A stretch of 64,000 nucleotides of DNA from Klebsiella phage N1M2. The notes beneath the pieces were generated by a model. That model was not told the DNA's origin and did not search any database. It was given only the letters and a program-made list of their open reading frames with translations. The stretch lies in sequence record MN642089.1. One strand, written 5' to 3'. A program made the translations under genes and the position numbers. Shown here piece after piece: positions 46,060 to 57,800 of the stretch; the stretch's first letter is position 1; the number at the start of each line of letters is the position of its first letter.

Positions 46060-49000
46060 TTAATTCATTCTCACCATTGGGGAATTACTAGAGCTGCGTT
46101 CCAACAACTGAGCAATCTTGTTAAGCGTTTGGTTAGCTATAGCAAGTTGACCTGCTGCGGTAGCATCTGTAGTATTGATATGATCAGGCATTGCAGGAGC
46201 TTGAACAACTTGAGGCATGGCCTGCTTATCAACTGGTTTAGCCGCTTCTTTAACTGGTGCTGGTTGAGCACTATTAGAAGAAGGACTAGAAGATGAAGTA
46301 GGAGCCCTAGGTTGATCGATAGATGGAGCACTAGAGTTAACTGTATTCACCGGACCATCATTAGTATCACCTGCAGCCACACCAGGATCGAGCGTTGAAG
46401 CTGTCTTCATTGGCGGTGGAGTACCTGCATTAGATGGTGCGGTATTGCGTGCATCTGATTTCAACAAGTCGCTAACGGTATTCTGACCAGGAGGTGTTGC
46501 GATTGGAGTATCTGTAGCTACGGCTCCTTGAGGAACACCTTTATCTGCTGCCGCAGGTGGTTCATTAGTTGGTGCTGGAGGAGTTGCAGCTGCTTGTTCG
46601 GCTTCTGCCCCATCTAGCGCTAAATCACCATTGCGGAGTTTATTCAGATATTCCTGATAGTATCTACGACGTTCATCTGTAGCTGGTACAGCATTACCGC
46701 CATTGATACCACGAACCGCTGTATCGAAATCACCCGTCTTAGCAATAGACAACATTGCCTTGTTGTTCTTAAGGAATCTAACAGCTGATTCAGCCATTAC
46801 ATTAGGATCCTCAGAAACCAACTGCGGATTACTAACAACATCGATACCCGTTTCTTTCTTGAACCGTTCGTAGTTTGCTTTACCAGTTAACTGGAAGAAA
46901 CCACGCCCACGATATTTCCAACCATCCTCAGGTGTAGTGTTTCCTAATTGTGGACCTTTAGGTGCACGACCATATACCCACATCGCTCGTTCAGCAGGAG
47001 ACATTGCTGCAACCTTCTGAGCTGTAGCGGCATCAGGAATGTTCTTAAAGTATTTCAGCAAGGTAGGTGCGGACCAGTTGGTGTTTTCCACCGTGTTCTG
47101 GTAGTTACCTGTTTCTTTCTTAACCATTGCCAAAGCAAGTGCGATAGTTTTAATATCAGTTATCCCAGCTTTAAGTAGGTGGTTAAGCATGAGCTTCTCA
47201 CCTTGCTCTGGGGACATCTTAATACCTTTATCTTCACCGGCCTTCTTCAAGAACTCTGGGTTAAAGTTAGCATCAGCTTTACCCATGAACTGACCTGCTG
47301 ACCCAGCACCGCCACCATCAACACTCATGGTAGGGTTAGGATAGACACTAGTGGGTCCGCCAGTTCTTACACCGTTCATAGATGGGGTGAATGAAGACCC
47401 ACCAATACCTTTGTTATTACCGAAAACTTCTTGGATAGCAGATTGAGCAGCTTGTCTACTTCTAGCAGCTTGTGCCATCTGAACTGGATCATCACCGCTA
47501 GTACCGCGAGATTTCTCTTCTTCCAACTCAGGATCTTTCAGTCTAGCTTCCTGTGCTTTCATATCCAAGATTTTCAGATATCTATCAGCACGGTCAGACC
47601 ATTTACCTGAAGTAGAGTTAGGGAATGGAGAAGCCTGAACTTCCCAAACAGTTTTAAGTTGTTCATCAACTGTCACCATTTGTTCGGTTAGTTTTCTAGC
47701 GACTTTGGCACGATTAGTAGCCGATAATTGTTTCCAACCTCTTTCCGGAACCACACCAGTTAATTTCTTAACCTCAATAGTGTATGTCATTAACGTAGGG
47801 AGGAATCGATCACGGAACCAAGTCATCCAATTCATCTCAGCCAGTTTAGTAGAGATTCTGAATGCTGGTTTAAACAGTTCTAACAGTTGAGAAGACTTAC
47901 CAGTGAATCTGGCTTGATCCCCAATTACCATGATGTAGGATTCGACATAACGTTCCAGACGCAATACCGCTTCCACACGCCAAGGCATGTTATCAATGTT
48001 ACCATAAACCGCAAGACGAGTCATGACGAATGGATCCATTTCCTTATCGCCACCAGGCATCAAGTCAGAGATATCAATCGTCTTAACTTGCTCTGGTTGA
48101 GAGAAACGTTTCTCAATGTCATCCATAGAAGCACGAGCTGCTATTTTAGACATCGCGTCTTGAGCAGTTATTTCAGCACTTGGACCAGTTTCTTTAGGAA
48201 CGCCTGGTGCTTGAGCTTTAGCATTAGCCTCTACCGTCGGTGCAATTTTCTCAACCGTAGTTGAAGGCTTAGGATAAGATTTTTCCATATCCTTAAGCAC
48301 TGCATCGATTTTGTGTCTCGTTGATTCCGGACCCATTGTGCCGTATTTAGAATCGACACGGACATCGATGGTAAATGGATTCGGCGAGAACGTATTCAGT
48401 GTTTGCTGAACTCTTTCCAATACCTGTACAACTTCATATCCCTTGGCATTATCGAATGACTCGATATCACCCATTCTTGCCACAGAGACTGCCGCGTTAG
48501 TGACAAGGAACACTGGTTTGAAACGAGCTACGAACCAAGTCTGAATAGCGCCTGCGTCGTGGTTAGTTCCTGAGTCGGTGTTCATGAAGTCAGTTAAGAT
48601 CTTCTCAATAGGTGCATCTTTCTTCAGAGAAGCACGATTATCTCGGATGGTGACGTAAGGATAAAGAACTTGTTCTAACCAACCCAGACGACGTCCAAAT
48701 GAAGATTGTTGATCAGCACAACCATACATAGCAAAACGAACGGCACGTGGTTGTGTAGCATACTGGGTTTTCAGTTCCCCGTATCCATCAGGAGTTTTAG
48801 AAACACCCTTGATCTTATCTTCATAAGCTTCCATCTCGTCTCGTTTAAAGAAGAACTTCTTATCACTTGACCAGAATAATCCATAGTTGTCCAGACCTTC
48901 TCTGGTTTCCTTATCCATAGGTAAGGAATCGGTAGCAGCTTTGGCCAACATACCAGATGGTAACCATTGGGTCAGTACATCAACTACGGCATCGCCTTGA

Positions 49001-52000
49001 GTACGATAGTGACCTGTTACTGAATCACGCTCGCCCATACTGACATCAGCCGCTGAGGTTGGTGTCGCATCTTGAGTATCATCTCCAAACATATCCGCTA
49101 AGAGATAACTACCAACTGCCGCAGTAGGGGAACCAAATGCGAATCTTCCCATGCGACCAAGTCGACCGCCACGACCAGCTCTCGCACCACCTCTTCTACG
49201 TCTAGTAGATTGACCACGTTGTTCAACGTCTAAGTCATCAGCAGGAGATCCCCCGAACAACCCTCTTCTCATTCCACCTGCGGCCTTGCCCATAACAAAT
49301 GCTTGTGCAAGTTTAGTGAAACCTAATTTGAGAAGTTTGTAGATTGGCGAGGCTACTCCTAACACACCACTAAACATGGCGCTACCAATTTTACCTAAAC
49401 GCTTGATTGAAGCTGCGGTAGTTCCCAATGCAAACTTACCTACACCACCAAGAATATCACCAATAGCACCAAGCGGGTTCTTGAAGAGTTTGACGGCAAA
49501 GCCACCGGCACCCATTACCAAACCTTTCAGTTTATCAAATAGACCACCACCTTCTTTCTTGCCAGCACCTTCTTCTTTACTACCACCGAGTGTCTCAGAG
49601 ATATTAATGATTGCTTCATTAACACGGTGCTTCTCTTGTTTCTCTTTCTGCTTTTCTTTCCAAGCCAAAGAGTTTAGACGCAAACTGTTATCTGAACTTT
49701 CACCCGTTACACCTAAAGGTTCATCGGGGTCTACTTCTGCAGGGATATCAAACTGTTTACAGAGTAAACGATAAATTTTGTCCAGACGACGCTCTACACC
49801 ATTCGGCCCAGATTTTCTTCCAGCAGCACCATTGCCTTCTCGATTAGGACCTTGAGAATAACCGAACCTTCCGAGGAGGTTATTGATCCCAGCTCTAGCC
49901 AACCCTGCCGCACCGCCAACCATATTAGCAGCCATACCGCCCACGTTACGTACAGCAGCACCTGAGGCAGTGACCAGACCGGACTGATATTCCTCTTCAC
50001 TAACCAGTTGATTACCTTGGTTATCATAAACAGCTCCATCAATCTCATTCCAACCAGTAATTGGTTTGAAACTACCATTGGCATCGCGAACGAAGTAATC
50101 ACCGGTTTTAAATTTACTAGCTCTTAATACAGGGTTCTTTAAATCAGATTTAAGGAACACATCCTGTTGATAGAGAAACTCTTTACCCAACTGAATGGTC
50201 GATCTAATACGCTCCATTGGGTTAAGCATGTTGTAAGCACCCACAGCCGCGTCTCTAACGCTACGCAAGCCTTTTAGTGCCACTGCTCTACCATCAGACC
50301 CAAAGATCTTCCCTGCTAACTCTCTGGCTCCCACAACGGACTTATTAATAGCATCCATTACTGGACCGCGGATATCTTCCCAAGTTTTAATAACTTTCTT
50401 GGTAGCCATGTCCACGTATTCACCAGCGCGCAGTTTGGCTGCCTTCAGAATAGGCTCACCGCGTTCGTCAAGGATATCTTCTTCATCCGAAGGAGCATCC
50501 CCTTCTGGAGCGGCACCTGATCTTTGACGATGTTGTAACCACGCACCACCCAACAATCCCAATCCAGCAACTGACGCCGCCATAATTGGGTTCTGCATGA
50601 ATGAAGACGCAACACCACCCAATAACCCACCAAGGATAAGAGGGTTGTTCTTGAAGAGGAATTCTGCAGATCTACCCAATACGTCATTTGGTACCAGTTT
50701 CTTAATACGATCAAGAACTGAACGTTTGGCTACTTCTTCTTGTTGCTCTACACGAGGGCTAGGGGCACCAGAGAACAACTTACCTGCTTTAGCTAAATCA
50801 AGCATGGTTGTGAGAAGCATCGACATTTCTGTCGTTTTATCGAGAATCCCTTGGTTACTGGTTTTGATGTCACTAAAGACACCAGTCTCAGAATCCCAAT
50901 TAACCGTAGTGGAGTTTTTGAGTTGGTCGAGGTTACTTAAGCGTTCATTCAAAGTTCCTAATGTATTATTAAGATCTTCATATGGATTAGCTGTAGGGCC
51001 AGCGCCAGCTCGTATTCCTCCCAGTGTTGGAGAAGGACCATTACCACTAGGGGTAGCACCTTTCAATACCGGGTTGTCTGGATTATCCATATACATTCCG
51101 ATACGATCATGGAATGCTTGGATGTTAATCTTATCGATACCATTATCGGTATAGATAACTCCTAAGTCACGGAGCATTTGTTCGTTACCAGTGGCACGTA
51201 ACAAATTAATACGTTCAGTGATATTAGGAATGTTTTCTTTTAAGTCCTGTGCTTTAGAACTAGCTGCGTTTAAACGTTCACGACCTTCTGCGGTATTAAG
51301 ACGCCCCAGCATTTTGGTTCTGGTTAAACCATCCCCACTTTGGAACTGTCTAACTTCATCATCGGTAATCCCGAAGTGACGTTTCATTACCGCATGGATT
51401 TCTTTCAGGTTCTCTGGAGAAACCCCTGGGATATCACCTAAGTAATAAAGAGGTTGGAAACCATACTCTTTGTCAACGTCGACAACGATCTGTTTAGCCA
51501 GCGCTTTACGAGCACCTGGTGATAACAGTTTGTCTGGATCCAAAGAGTCAACCATATTCAATGCAGCTGAAGTAAAGCTACGGAACTCAGAGTGAGGCAT
51601 TAAGTCAGAAGCGACTGAAATTCTTCTGTCGGAGTCTTTTTGGAATTGGCCTCGAGTATAGTTGTATCCAACTGACTCTACATCGTCACGACCGGTTCTC
51701 ATCTTTTCCAAGATAAGGTTAGTCTGAGAAATCAACCCTGGCAATACTTCATTCAGGGTGATGTTGTTCATCTCTTTCCAAATACCTGGTTTATCCAGAT
51801 CTTTAGGATTTCTTCTATTGATGGTATACTGAGTCCCGCGAGAGCGAGTGGTCTCTGACATCAATCGGTTAAGAGATTGTTTTGCTTTGTTCTCTGCAGC
51901 GTTCTTAGCCACCCAAACTGCTTTAGGTATTGGCTTGCGACCAGGAGGTAAACTATCTACATATTCCTCGTAATCGTAGAACCGCATCTCATCAAGAGGT

Positions 52001-53247
52001 TGCCAGTTATCCGCCATGTAGTTGGCAATACCACCACCAGACATAGCGATATGAGAAACTGTGTTACCCATATCTGTTACTTTGGCAATCTGTTCCCTAA
52101 TAAAGGTGCCTTGTTCAGGGTATTTCTTTATTAGGTTATCGATGGCTCTTTTACCTGGACCACGTGTAAAGAAGTATGGTAATTGGTCTACTGCCACACC
52201 AGCTATCATCTTACCAATGATATTGCCGAGCAAGCCGCGACTAAACCCTACATCACTACCCATCTCCAAACCGTCTGCAAGGTTCCCTAAGAGATCACTA
52301 ATCCCATTATAGGCATCTTTACGGTTACCGGCATTAAACCGATCACGGAGCATTCCAGAGATACCGCCAACACGTTTACCAACCGCATTGAACACACTGT
52401 TTCGCATGTACTCTTTGGATGCAGTAAATGTATTGGTCTTTTCAAAATCTGAAAGTTTACTGTACTGAACAATACGTTTCAGTTCAGCAACTTCGGCATG
52501 AATACCAGCTTCCATGAACTTGTAGAATTTCGCATCTTGAACATAAGAGCGTGCCATCAAGTTCAGTTTGGCTTGATCCAATTTAGCTTGTACATTTCTT
52601 TGGTAGCTAAGAAGGTCACGTATCCCACCTTCTATATTTACAAGCTGTCTATTACCTGCACCAATAGTTGCAGATATCTGACCGCCTACGGTGGCAGCCA
52701 TATTGTTTAAAGATTCACCGAGTGAAGCAAACATAGCTGATTGAGCCATTACTGAAGCATCAATAGCTTGGTCTACATCATCTTCGTCAACATTACCTAG
52801 TTTGGCATTGAAATTAGGATTTTCAGGATCGAGACGTTCCCAACTGGAGAAGTCTTTTTCACTGAAATTACCTAATGCATTCTGAGCAAAACCAGGAAGC
52901 TTTGAACCCATTCTCTGATTGAGGTGGGAAGCAATGCTTTGTAAGGATTTGGCGGATTCGGCATTTTCCTCTTTAAACTCTCTAACCAGATCGTCAACAC
53001 GACTACTGACAAAAGAAAGTTTATCAAGGGCATTGCTGTAAGAACTTGGTAAGATAGTTCTCAGTGTTCTCATGCGAGCTTCACCGGAACCTAAGGTTTC
53101 ATCAAAAGCACCTTGCAGAAAACCTGTTGCAAGACTTCTGACAAACCCCTTACCTTTAAAGGGATCCATATCGAAATCCATATCGAAATCTATATCCCCG
53201 GCAAATGGATCATCTCCCCAATCCATATCGAAATTATCGCTTGCCAT
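46060..53247 (-). CDS. giant virion-associated protein (2395 aa) with C-terminal GH19-family peptidoglycan hydrolase domain and Pro/Ala/Ser-rich tail; phiKZ gp181-like
   Basis: KKETGNY...WKYRGRGFFQLTGKANYERF matches GH19 E-T-G / Y-x-G-R-G-x-x-Q-L-[ST]-x-x-x-N-Y signature; N-terminal DFDMDFDMD acidic repeats; GAGGGT SD. Confidence 0.8.
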   Translation of the reverse strand: MASDNFDMDWGDDPFAGDIDFDMDFDMDPFKGKGFVRSLATGFLQGAFDETLGSGEARMRTLRTILPSSYSNALDKLSFVSSRVDDLVREFKEENAESAKSLQSIASHLNQRMGSKLPGFAQNALGNFSEKDFSSWERLDPENPNFNAKLGNVDEDDVDQAIDASVMAQSAMFASLGESLNNMAATVGGQISATIGAGNRQLVNIEGGIRDLLSYQRNVQAKLDQAKLNLMARSYVQDAKFYKFMEAGIHAEVAELKRIVQYSKLSDFEKTNTFTASKEYMRNSVFNAVGKRVGGISGMLRDRFNAGNRKDAYNGISDLLGNLADGLEMGSDVGFSRGLLGNIIGKMIAGVAVDQLPYFFTRGPGKRAIDNLIKKYPEQGTFIREQIAKVTDMGNTVSHIAMSGGGIANYMADNWQPLDEMRFYDYEEYVDSLPPGRKPIPKAVWVAKNAAENKAKQSLNRLMSETTRSRGTQYTINRRNPKDLDKPGIWKEMNNITLNEVLPGLISQTNLILEKMRTGRDDVESVGYNYTRGQFQKDSDRRISVASDLMPHSEFRSFTSAALNMVDSLDPDKLLSPGARKALAKQIVVDVDKEYGFQPLYYLGDIPGVSPENLKEIHAVMKRHFGITDDEVRQFQSGDGLTRTKMLGRLNTAEGRERLNAASSKAQDLKENIPNITERINLLRATGNEQMLRDLGVIYTDNGIDKINIQAFHDRIGMYMDNPDNPVLKGATPSGNGPSPTLGGIRAGAGPTANPYEDLNNTLGTLNERLSNLDQLKNSTTVNWDSETGVFSDIKTSNQGILDKTTEMSMLLTTMLDLAKAGKLFSGAPSPRVEQQEEVAKRSVLDRIKKLVPNDVLGRSAEFLFKNNPLILGGLLGGVASSFMQNPIMAASVAGLGLLGGAWLQHRQRSGAAPEGDAPSDEEDILDERGEPILKAAKLRAGEYVDMATKKVIKTWEDIRGPVMDAINKSVVGARELAGKIFGSDGRAVALKGLRSVRDAAVGAYNMLNPMERIRSTIQLGKEFLYQQDVFLKSDLKNPVLRASKFKTGDYFVRDANGSFKPITGWNEIDGAVYDNQGNQLVSEEEYQSGLVTASGAAVRNVGGMAANMVGGAAGLARAGINNLLGRFGYSQGPNREGNGAAGRKSGPNGVERRLDKIYRLLCKQFDIPAEVDPDEPLGVTGESSDNSLRLNSLAWKEKQKEKQEKHRVNEAIINISETLGGSKEEGAGKKEGGGLFDKLKGLVMGAGGFAVKLFKNPLGAIGDILGGVGKFALGTTAASIKRLGKIGSAMFSGVLGVASPIYKLLKLGFTKLAQAFVMGKAAGGMRRGLFGGSPADDLDVEQRGQSTRRRRGGARAGRGGRLGRMGRFAFGSPTAAVGSYLLADMFGDDTQDATPTSAADVSMGERDSVTGHYRTQGDAVVDVLTQWLPSGMLAKAATDSLPMDKETREGLDNYGLFWSSDKKFFFKRDEMEAYEDKIKGVSKTPDGYGELKTQYATQPRAVRFAMYGCADQQSSFGRRLGWLEQVLYPYVTIRDNRASLKKDAPIEKILTDFMNTDSGTNHDAGAIQTWFVARFKPVFLVTNAAVSVARMGDIESFDNAKGYEVVQVLERVQQTLNTFSPNPFTIDVRVDSKYGTMGPESTRHKIDAVLKDMEKSYPKPSTTVEKIAPTVEANAKAQAPGVPKETGPSAEITAQDAMSKIAARASMDDIEKRFSQPEQVKTIDISDLMPGGDKEMDPFVMTRLAVYGNIDNMPWRVEAVLRLERYVESYIMVIGDQARFTGKSSQLLELFKPAFRISTKLAEMNWMTWFRDRFLPTLMTYTIEVKKLTGVVPERGWKQLSATNRAKVARKLTEQMVTVDEQLKTVWEVQASPFPNSTSGKWSDRADRYLKILDMKAQEARLKDPELEEEKSRGTSGDDPVQMAQAARSRQAAQSAIQEVFGNNKGIGGSSFTPSMNGVRTGGPTSVYPNPTMSVDGGGAGSAGQFMGKADANFNPEFLKKAGEDKGIKMSPEQGEKLMLNHLLKAGITDIKTIALALAMVKKETGNYQNTVENTNWSAPTLLKYFKNIPDAATAQKVAAMSPAERAMWVYGRAPKGPQLGNTTPEDGWKYRGRGFFQLTGKANYERFKKETGIDVVSNPQLVSEDPNVMAESAVRFLKNNKAMLSIAKTGDFDTAVRGINGGNAVPATDERRRYYQEYLNKLRNGDLALDGAEAEQAAATPPAPTNEPPAAADKGVPQGAVATDTPIATPPGQNTVSDLLKSDARNTAPSNAGTPPPMKTASTLDPGVAAGDTNDGPVNTVNSSAPSIDQPRAPTSSSSPSSNSAQPAPVKEAAKPVDKQAMPQVVQAPAMPDHINTTDATAAGQLAIANQTLNKIAQLLERSSSNSPMVRMN

Positions 53248-53277
53248 TAATTTACCCTCGTTTAGGATATCTCAGTA

Positions 53278-54894
53278 ATGAGCAGAAAACCTACTAACTT
53301 TACCTTGCTTGATACAAACAAGGTGCCCTGGGGAACTATGACACCAGTTACGGTGGCAGACTCGTTCGAAGGGCAAACTAGTAACCTTAATGATGATGGT
53401 TTATATTCCACATCCATCTTTGGCCGTGTAGGTACGGATGAACGTGATAAAACTATCTCATATATCGATGTTACTCTCCCAATATTCAACCCCACGTATT
53501 TTAAAGCACTAATTCAACTGAAAGCTTTATACGGCGAAATCATCCGGGGTAGAGCATATGCAGTTTGGGATGCTGCTGAAAAGGATTTCATAAAATCCAA
53601 CATCTTAGAAGGCGATACTGGATATGCTTTCTTCATGTCACATTTCCACGAACTCGATCCTGTACAGAATGAATCTTTCAAACGTAAACAGAAGATCGAC
53701 CTGGTAGAACAATTCAGAGACAGAGCGCTCTCTAATAAGGTTATCGTTATACCTGCCGGTATTCGCGATATTGAAATGAACAACGGCGTTGTTTCAGAAA
53801 ACGAGATCAACGACCTTTATCGTAAACTTATCTTCCGTTCCAAATCTCTTAACGTAAGAAATGTGGACATCGACGATCCAGTCTATGATAATATCCGTTG
53901 GGGTTTACAAGAGTCTTTCAACAATATCGCTGACTTCCTATTTAAGATGCAGGAAGGTAAACGTGGCTTCATGCAACGTCGCATGTCACGCCGTAGTATT
54001 TTCGGGGCGACTCGTAACGTTATTACCTCCCGTAAAGTATCAGTAGAAAACTGCGACGATAACGTCACAGGCGATCCTAACTCCACCATCATCGGTTTGT
54101 ATCAAGCACTGCTTGGATTCAACCTGGTGGCCATACATGAACTCTCAAGTGGGTTCTTGAGTGAAGTGTTTACTTCTGGTATGGGTGTTGCTCGTCTCGT
54201 TGACCCTAAAACGCTCAAGGGAACTTATGTTGATGTAAGTCCGGTAGTCGTAGATAAATTTACTTCTTCAGATGGCTTGACTTCTCTCTTTAATGGTTAT
54301 GGTTCTCCTAACTTGAGAAACCGTGATATCAGAGTAGCTGGCCACTATCTCGGATTGGTTTATGACGACGGTAAGAATGTCATGCTGTTACACGACATTG
54401 ACGATCTTCCTGAATCATTCGATAAGAAGAAAGTTAGACCGGTAACTTATACTCAGTTCTTTTATATGCAATGTGTAAAAGCAATTGAGAAGAAGATGTT
54501 GCAGGTTACACGTTACCCAATCACAGGTATCGGTTCTATCTATCCGAGCCGTGTCTTTGTAATGCCAACTAACTCAACTTCCAGCAAACGTACATTATTA
54601 GATATTGATGGTTCCCCAATCGATACTTATAACTACTTCCCGGAATGGACTAAGAATCCAAGTTACTTTGACGGTATGTCTATTGCGAATATTCGCTTGG
54701 GACTTGCCGGTGGTGACTTCGATGGCGACGCCTTGTCTGCTAACTCCATTATGGCTGAAGACTCCATTGCTGAGATTGAGAGTTTGTTTGGTAAACGTGA
54801 CTTCTACATTTCTGGTTCTGGTGATTTCCTTTATGACCCAGTTCAGGAACCACATGAATTCCTTTTACGCTCATTAACAAATGGATTAGCATAA
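53278..54894 (+). CDS. multisubunit RNA polymerase beta-prime N-terminal half homolog (through catalytic DFDGD loop)
   Basis: IFGRVGTDE (cf. RIFGPVKDYE), VIPAGIRDIE..SENEINDLYRKLIFRSKSL (cf. LPPDLRPLV..SDLNDLYRRVINRNNRL), KRGFMQRRMSRRSIFGATRNVITS (cf. [23 protein letters not shown]), GGDFDGDAL (cf. NADFDGDQM). Confidence 0.8.
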   Translation: MSRKPTNFTLLDTNKVPWGTMTPVTVADSFEGQTSNLNDDGLYSTSIFGRVGTDERDKTISYIDVTLPIFNPTYFKALIQLKALYGEIIRGRAYAVWDAAEKDFIKSNILEGDTGYAFFMSHFHELDPVQNESFKRKQKIDLVEQFRDRALSNKVIVIPAGIRDIEMNNGVVSENEINDLYRKLIFRSKSLNVRNVDIDDPVYDNIRWGLQESFNNIADFLFKMQEGKRGFMQRRMSRRSIFGATRNVITSRKVSVENCDDNVTGDPNSTIIGLYQALLGFNLVAIHELSSGFLSEVFTSGMGVARLVDPKTLKGTYVDVSPVVVDKFTSSDGLTSLFNGYGSPNLRNRDIRVAGHYLGLVYDDGKNVMLLHDIDDLPESFDKKKVRPVTYTQFFYMQCVKAIEKKMLQVTRYPITGIGSIYPSRVFVMPTNSTSSKRTLLDIDGSPIDTYNYFPEWTKNPSYFDGMSIANIRLGLAGGDFDGDALSANSIMAEDSIAEIESLFGKRDFYISGSGDFLYDPVQEPHEFLLRSLTNGLA

Positions 54895-57800
54895 TGTTCA
54901 AAGAACCTATCATTATTGATGGGAGTGAGGCCATGCAGTATAACATGTTTGTTAAGCTGTATGGTACTCGCGAGAAGACTAACGATATCACCAATCCCCG
55001 CTATACTCCTGTCGGGGATATCATGCTTCCGCGTAATTCACTCATTCACTATCAACAGCAACATCCTGGTGAAATAGGTCCGAGTAACACCGCACCTTTT
55101 ATTAGTAACTTTGATAAACGTATCAACATTTACTTTAACGTTAATTATGAAACTGTTCTTGGTGTAACTAAAATTGAGAACATTCAGTTAAGTAAAATTA
55201 TCAAAGGCTACGAAGGTTCACACTTCATCTATAGTCGTGCTCGTCAATATCAGACGGTCATTGGTAAAGAAGGTGAGCTGTTAGTAAACGACTTGGCTGT
55301 AGGTCAGATTCCTGTTGTCTATAAACGCAGAACTGTATTCACGCCATATCAAAAATCCTACAACGAAATGTACACGTTGATGGATTCCGTAAATGAATTT
55401 GCTAAGTTTGGTCGTCACCAGTTTATCCAAATTGAAATGCCTCGCGTCTTCCCTACCTTTAAAAATCTTCAGCTGAACTTTGAGAAGTATAAGAAGTTCT
55501 TTAATGAAGATTATGAAGTTGTTCGGTATGACAAGATTCCTCTTCAACCATTCCAAGCAGAGCAATCATTCTGGTTGTTGGATCTGTATGGGATTCTGAT
55601 GGGTTATGAAGATGCTAAGTACAGCCTGTTTAACCGTTTGAGTGATCAAGCACGTCAACAGCTGGAAATCATTTTCACCTATAACGGTATGTGCTGGATT
55701 GTTAACTTACAGAACCTAATTAACGTTCTGAGTTATTCAGACAAACCTAATGATGAAAAAGCTAGCTCTTTAAAGATCAACTATTTCAAACGCTTCTATC
55801 TATCTTTAATTAGCCTAGTTACTCCTATCTCGGAAGGTATTGGGAAAGTTAAGGATGAAGAAGAAGATAACGGGGACGATGACCAAGACGGGCAGTCAAC
55901 TAGAAGAGAAACTGCTGATGACAAATCGTCCGAAGAAGGGGTTCCTGGGAAGGGTACCGCTGTGGGTGATAATTCTGGGGGTAGTTCTTTGGCTGATCTT
56001 TACGCCAGCACTCCGAGAAGCGATACTCTACAAAACGACGCCGTACGAAGTGAGGGAACGCAAGCTGATACTGAAGCACATGACCCAGTCGCCGATGCAT
56101 CAGACGAGGAAGACGACGTAGACCAAGACAGTTGGGGACAAGATGTCCCAGATGAACTGTTTGAACGTGCTACTGTTGAAAACGTCTCTCTGACTGTCGC
56201 TCAAGCTGCAAGTCCTACTTCAACTATCTCTCGTCAATTAACGGAACTTTCTCGTAACGGTCAATTAACTTCCAAAGAGAAAGACTTTTATGAAAGAGCT
56301 GCTAACAGTTATCATGACATTGAGTTTGGCGGACACACGCTGGCTGAGATCGTAGATATCAAACCTGAGGACATGGTTCTCAAAGATACTTCGATTGCTC
56401 CAGACTCAATCGTAATTACTGATAAGTCGGCCCTTAAATCACGTACTGAACTTCTCAGCGATGAGTACATCAAGAACATTCACCAGAGAAACATTCTGGA
56501 AATGATTCTGCATGTTCAGAACGGCGGTACCGCATTAACCGATCTGGAAGTAGAAAGAACAATTACGGCTGACTCTAAGTATGATGTTTATACCATGAAG
56601 TTCCAGCGTGTTAAAGGTGGACAATCTACTCGTCGTATGCGTTTACCTGTGGTTGAAGAAGATGGTACCTTTACCATTAACGGTGTTAAGTCTTATATGC
56701 AGTTAATGCGTATGGAACTTCCTATCCGCAAAATCTCTCCAACTAAGGTTGCCCTCACTTCTTATTACGATAAGAAGGTAATGGTTGAACGCTCAACTAA
56801 GAAAGTAGATGACTATGCTCGTTGGTTGAAATCGAGTATCATCGAAAGGTCTTATGTTGATAAGACTCTCCAGGTAGGTCTTGGTGGATTCAAACCACCT
56901 AAAGAAGAAGTCTGTTACTATTATTCTGTTCTGGCTTCCCGTTTCAAAACCGTCATTACTCCCGAATACCATTTCGACTTCGATACTGTTTCCTTAGTAG
57001 ATGGTAAACGTGAGTTGGCTAAGTTGTGTAATACCAACAGCTGGTTAATTGGCTTTAAAGGCGAACACCCTATCCTTATCGATAGCACTGGTCTGATTAC
57101 AGTGGATGGGGCAGAGCAAGGTTATATTGAAGAGATCTTGGGGTTAAACATTTCCAAGGCTCCTATCCCTACTGCTACTGTTAACATCAATGGGTATCAT
57201 TTCCCAGCGATTGTTGTTCTGTCTTATTGGATTGGTTTCAGTAATGTCCTGAAGGCTCTCAAAGCTCAGTACCGAACTGTAGACCCTGATCAACGTCCTA
57301 ACTTAGGCGCTGATGAGTATATGGTCCAGTTAGCCGATGAACGCTTGATCTTCAACCGTCGTGATGAACTTACCACACTGGTGATGTCCGGTCTTCGTAA
57401 GTTAAACAACTTGAGTAACTTCTCTCGTTCTAACTTAGATGATCCTAATATCTGGTTTGGTCTTGTCGGTGACCAACGTGTTAAACCAAGTCACTTCAAA
57501 GAAATGACTATGTTGTATGACATGTTTATCGATCCGATTACGATGCGTTTGTTAGAGAAATTCAAATATCCAGTTGTTATGGATAAGTTGATCATCGAAG
57601 CTGTTAAGCTGATGCTCTCTAATGAATCCAAACACGAAATCGAAATCACCGAACAACGTTTCGTCGGTTATGAACGTTTTGCTGGTCATGTTTATCGTGA
57701 GATGGTTAAAGCAACTCGTCAAGCACGTAACAAACCAAATAACGGTAAGGTTACTTTCGACCTCAACCCTGAAGCCGTGATGATGAACATTATCACTGAC

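Noticed and set aside
46137-52710. Numerous 60-185 aa plus-strand ORFs inside the giant gene
   Set aside because: They are antisense or shadow ORFs within a continuous 7.2-kb reading frame that contains a recognisable muralytic domain.
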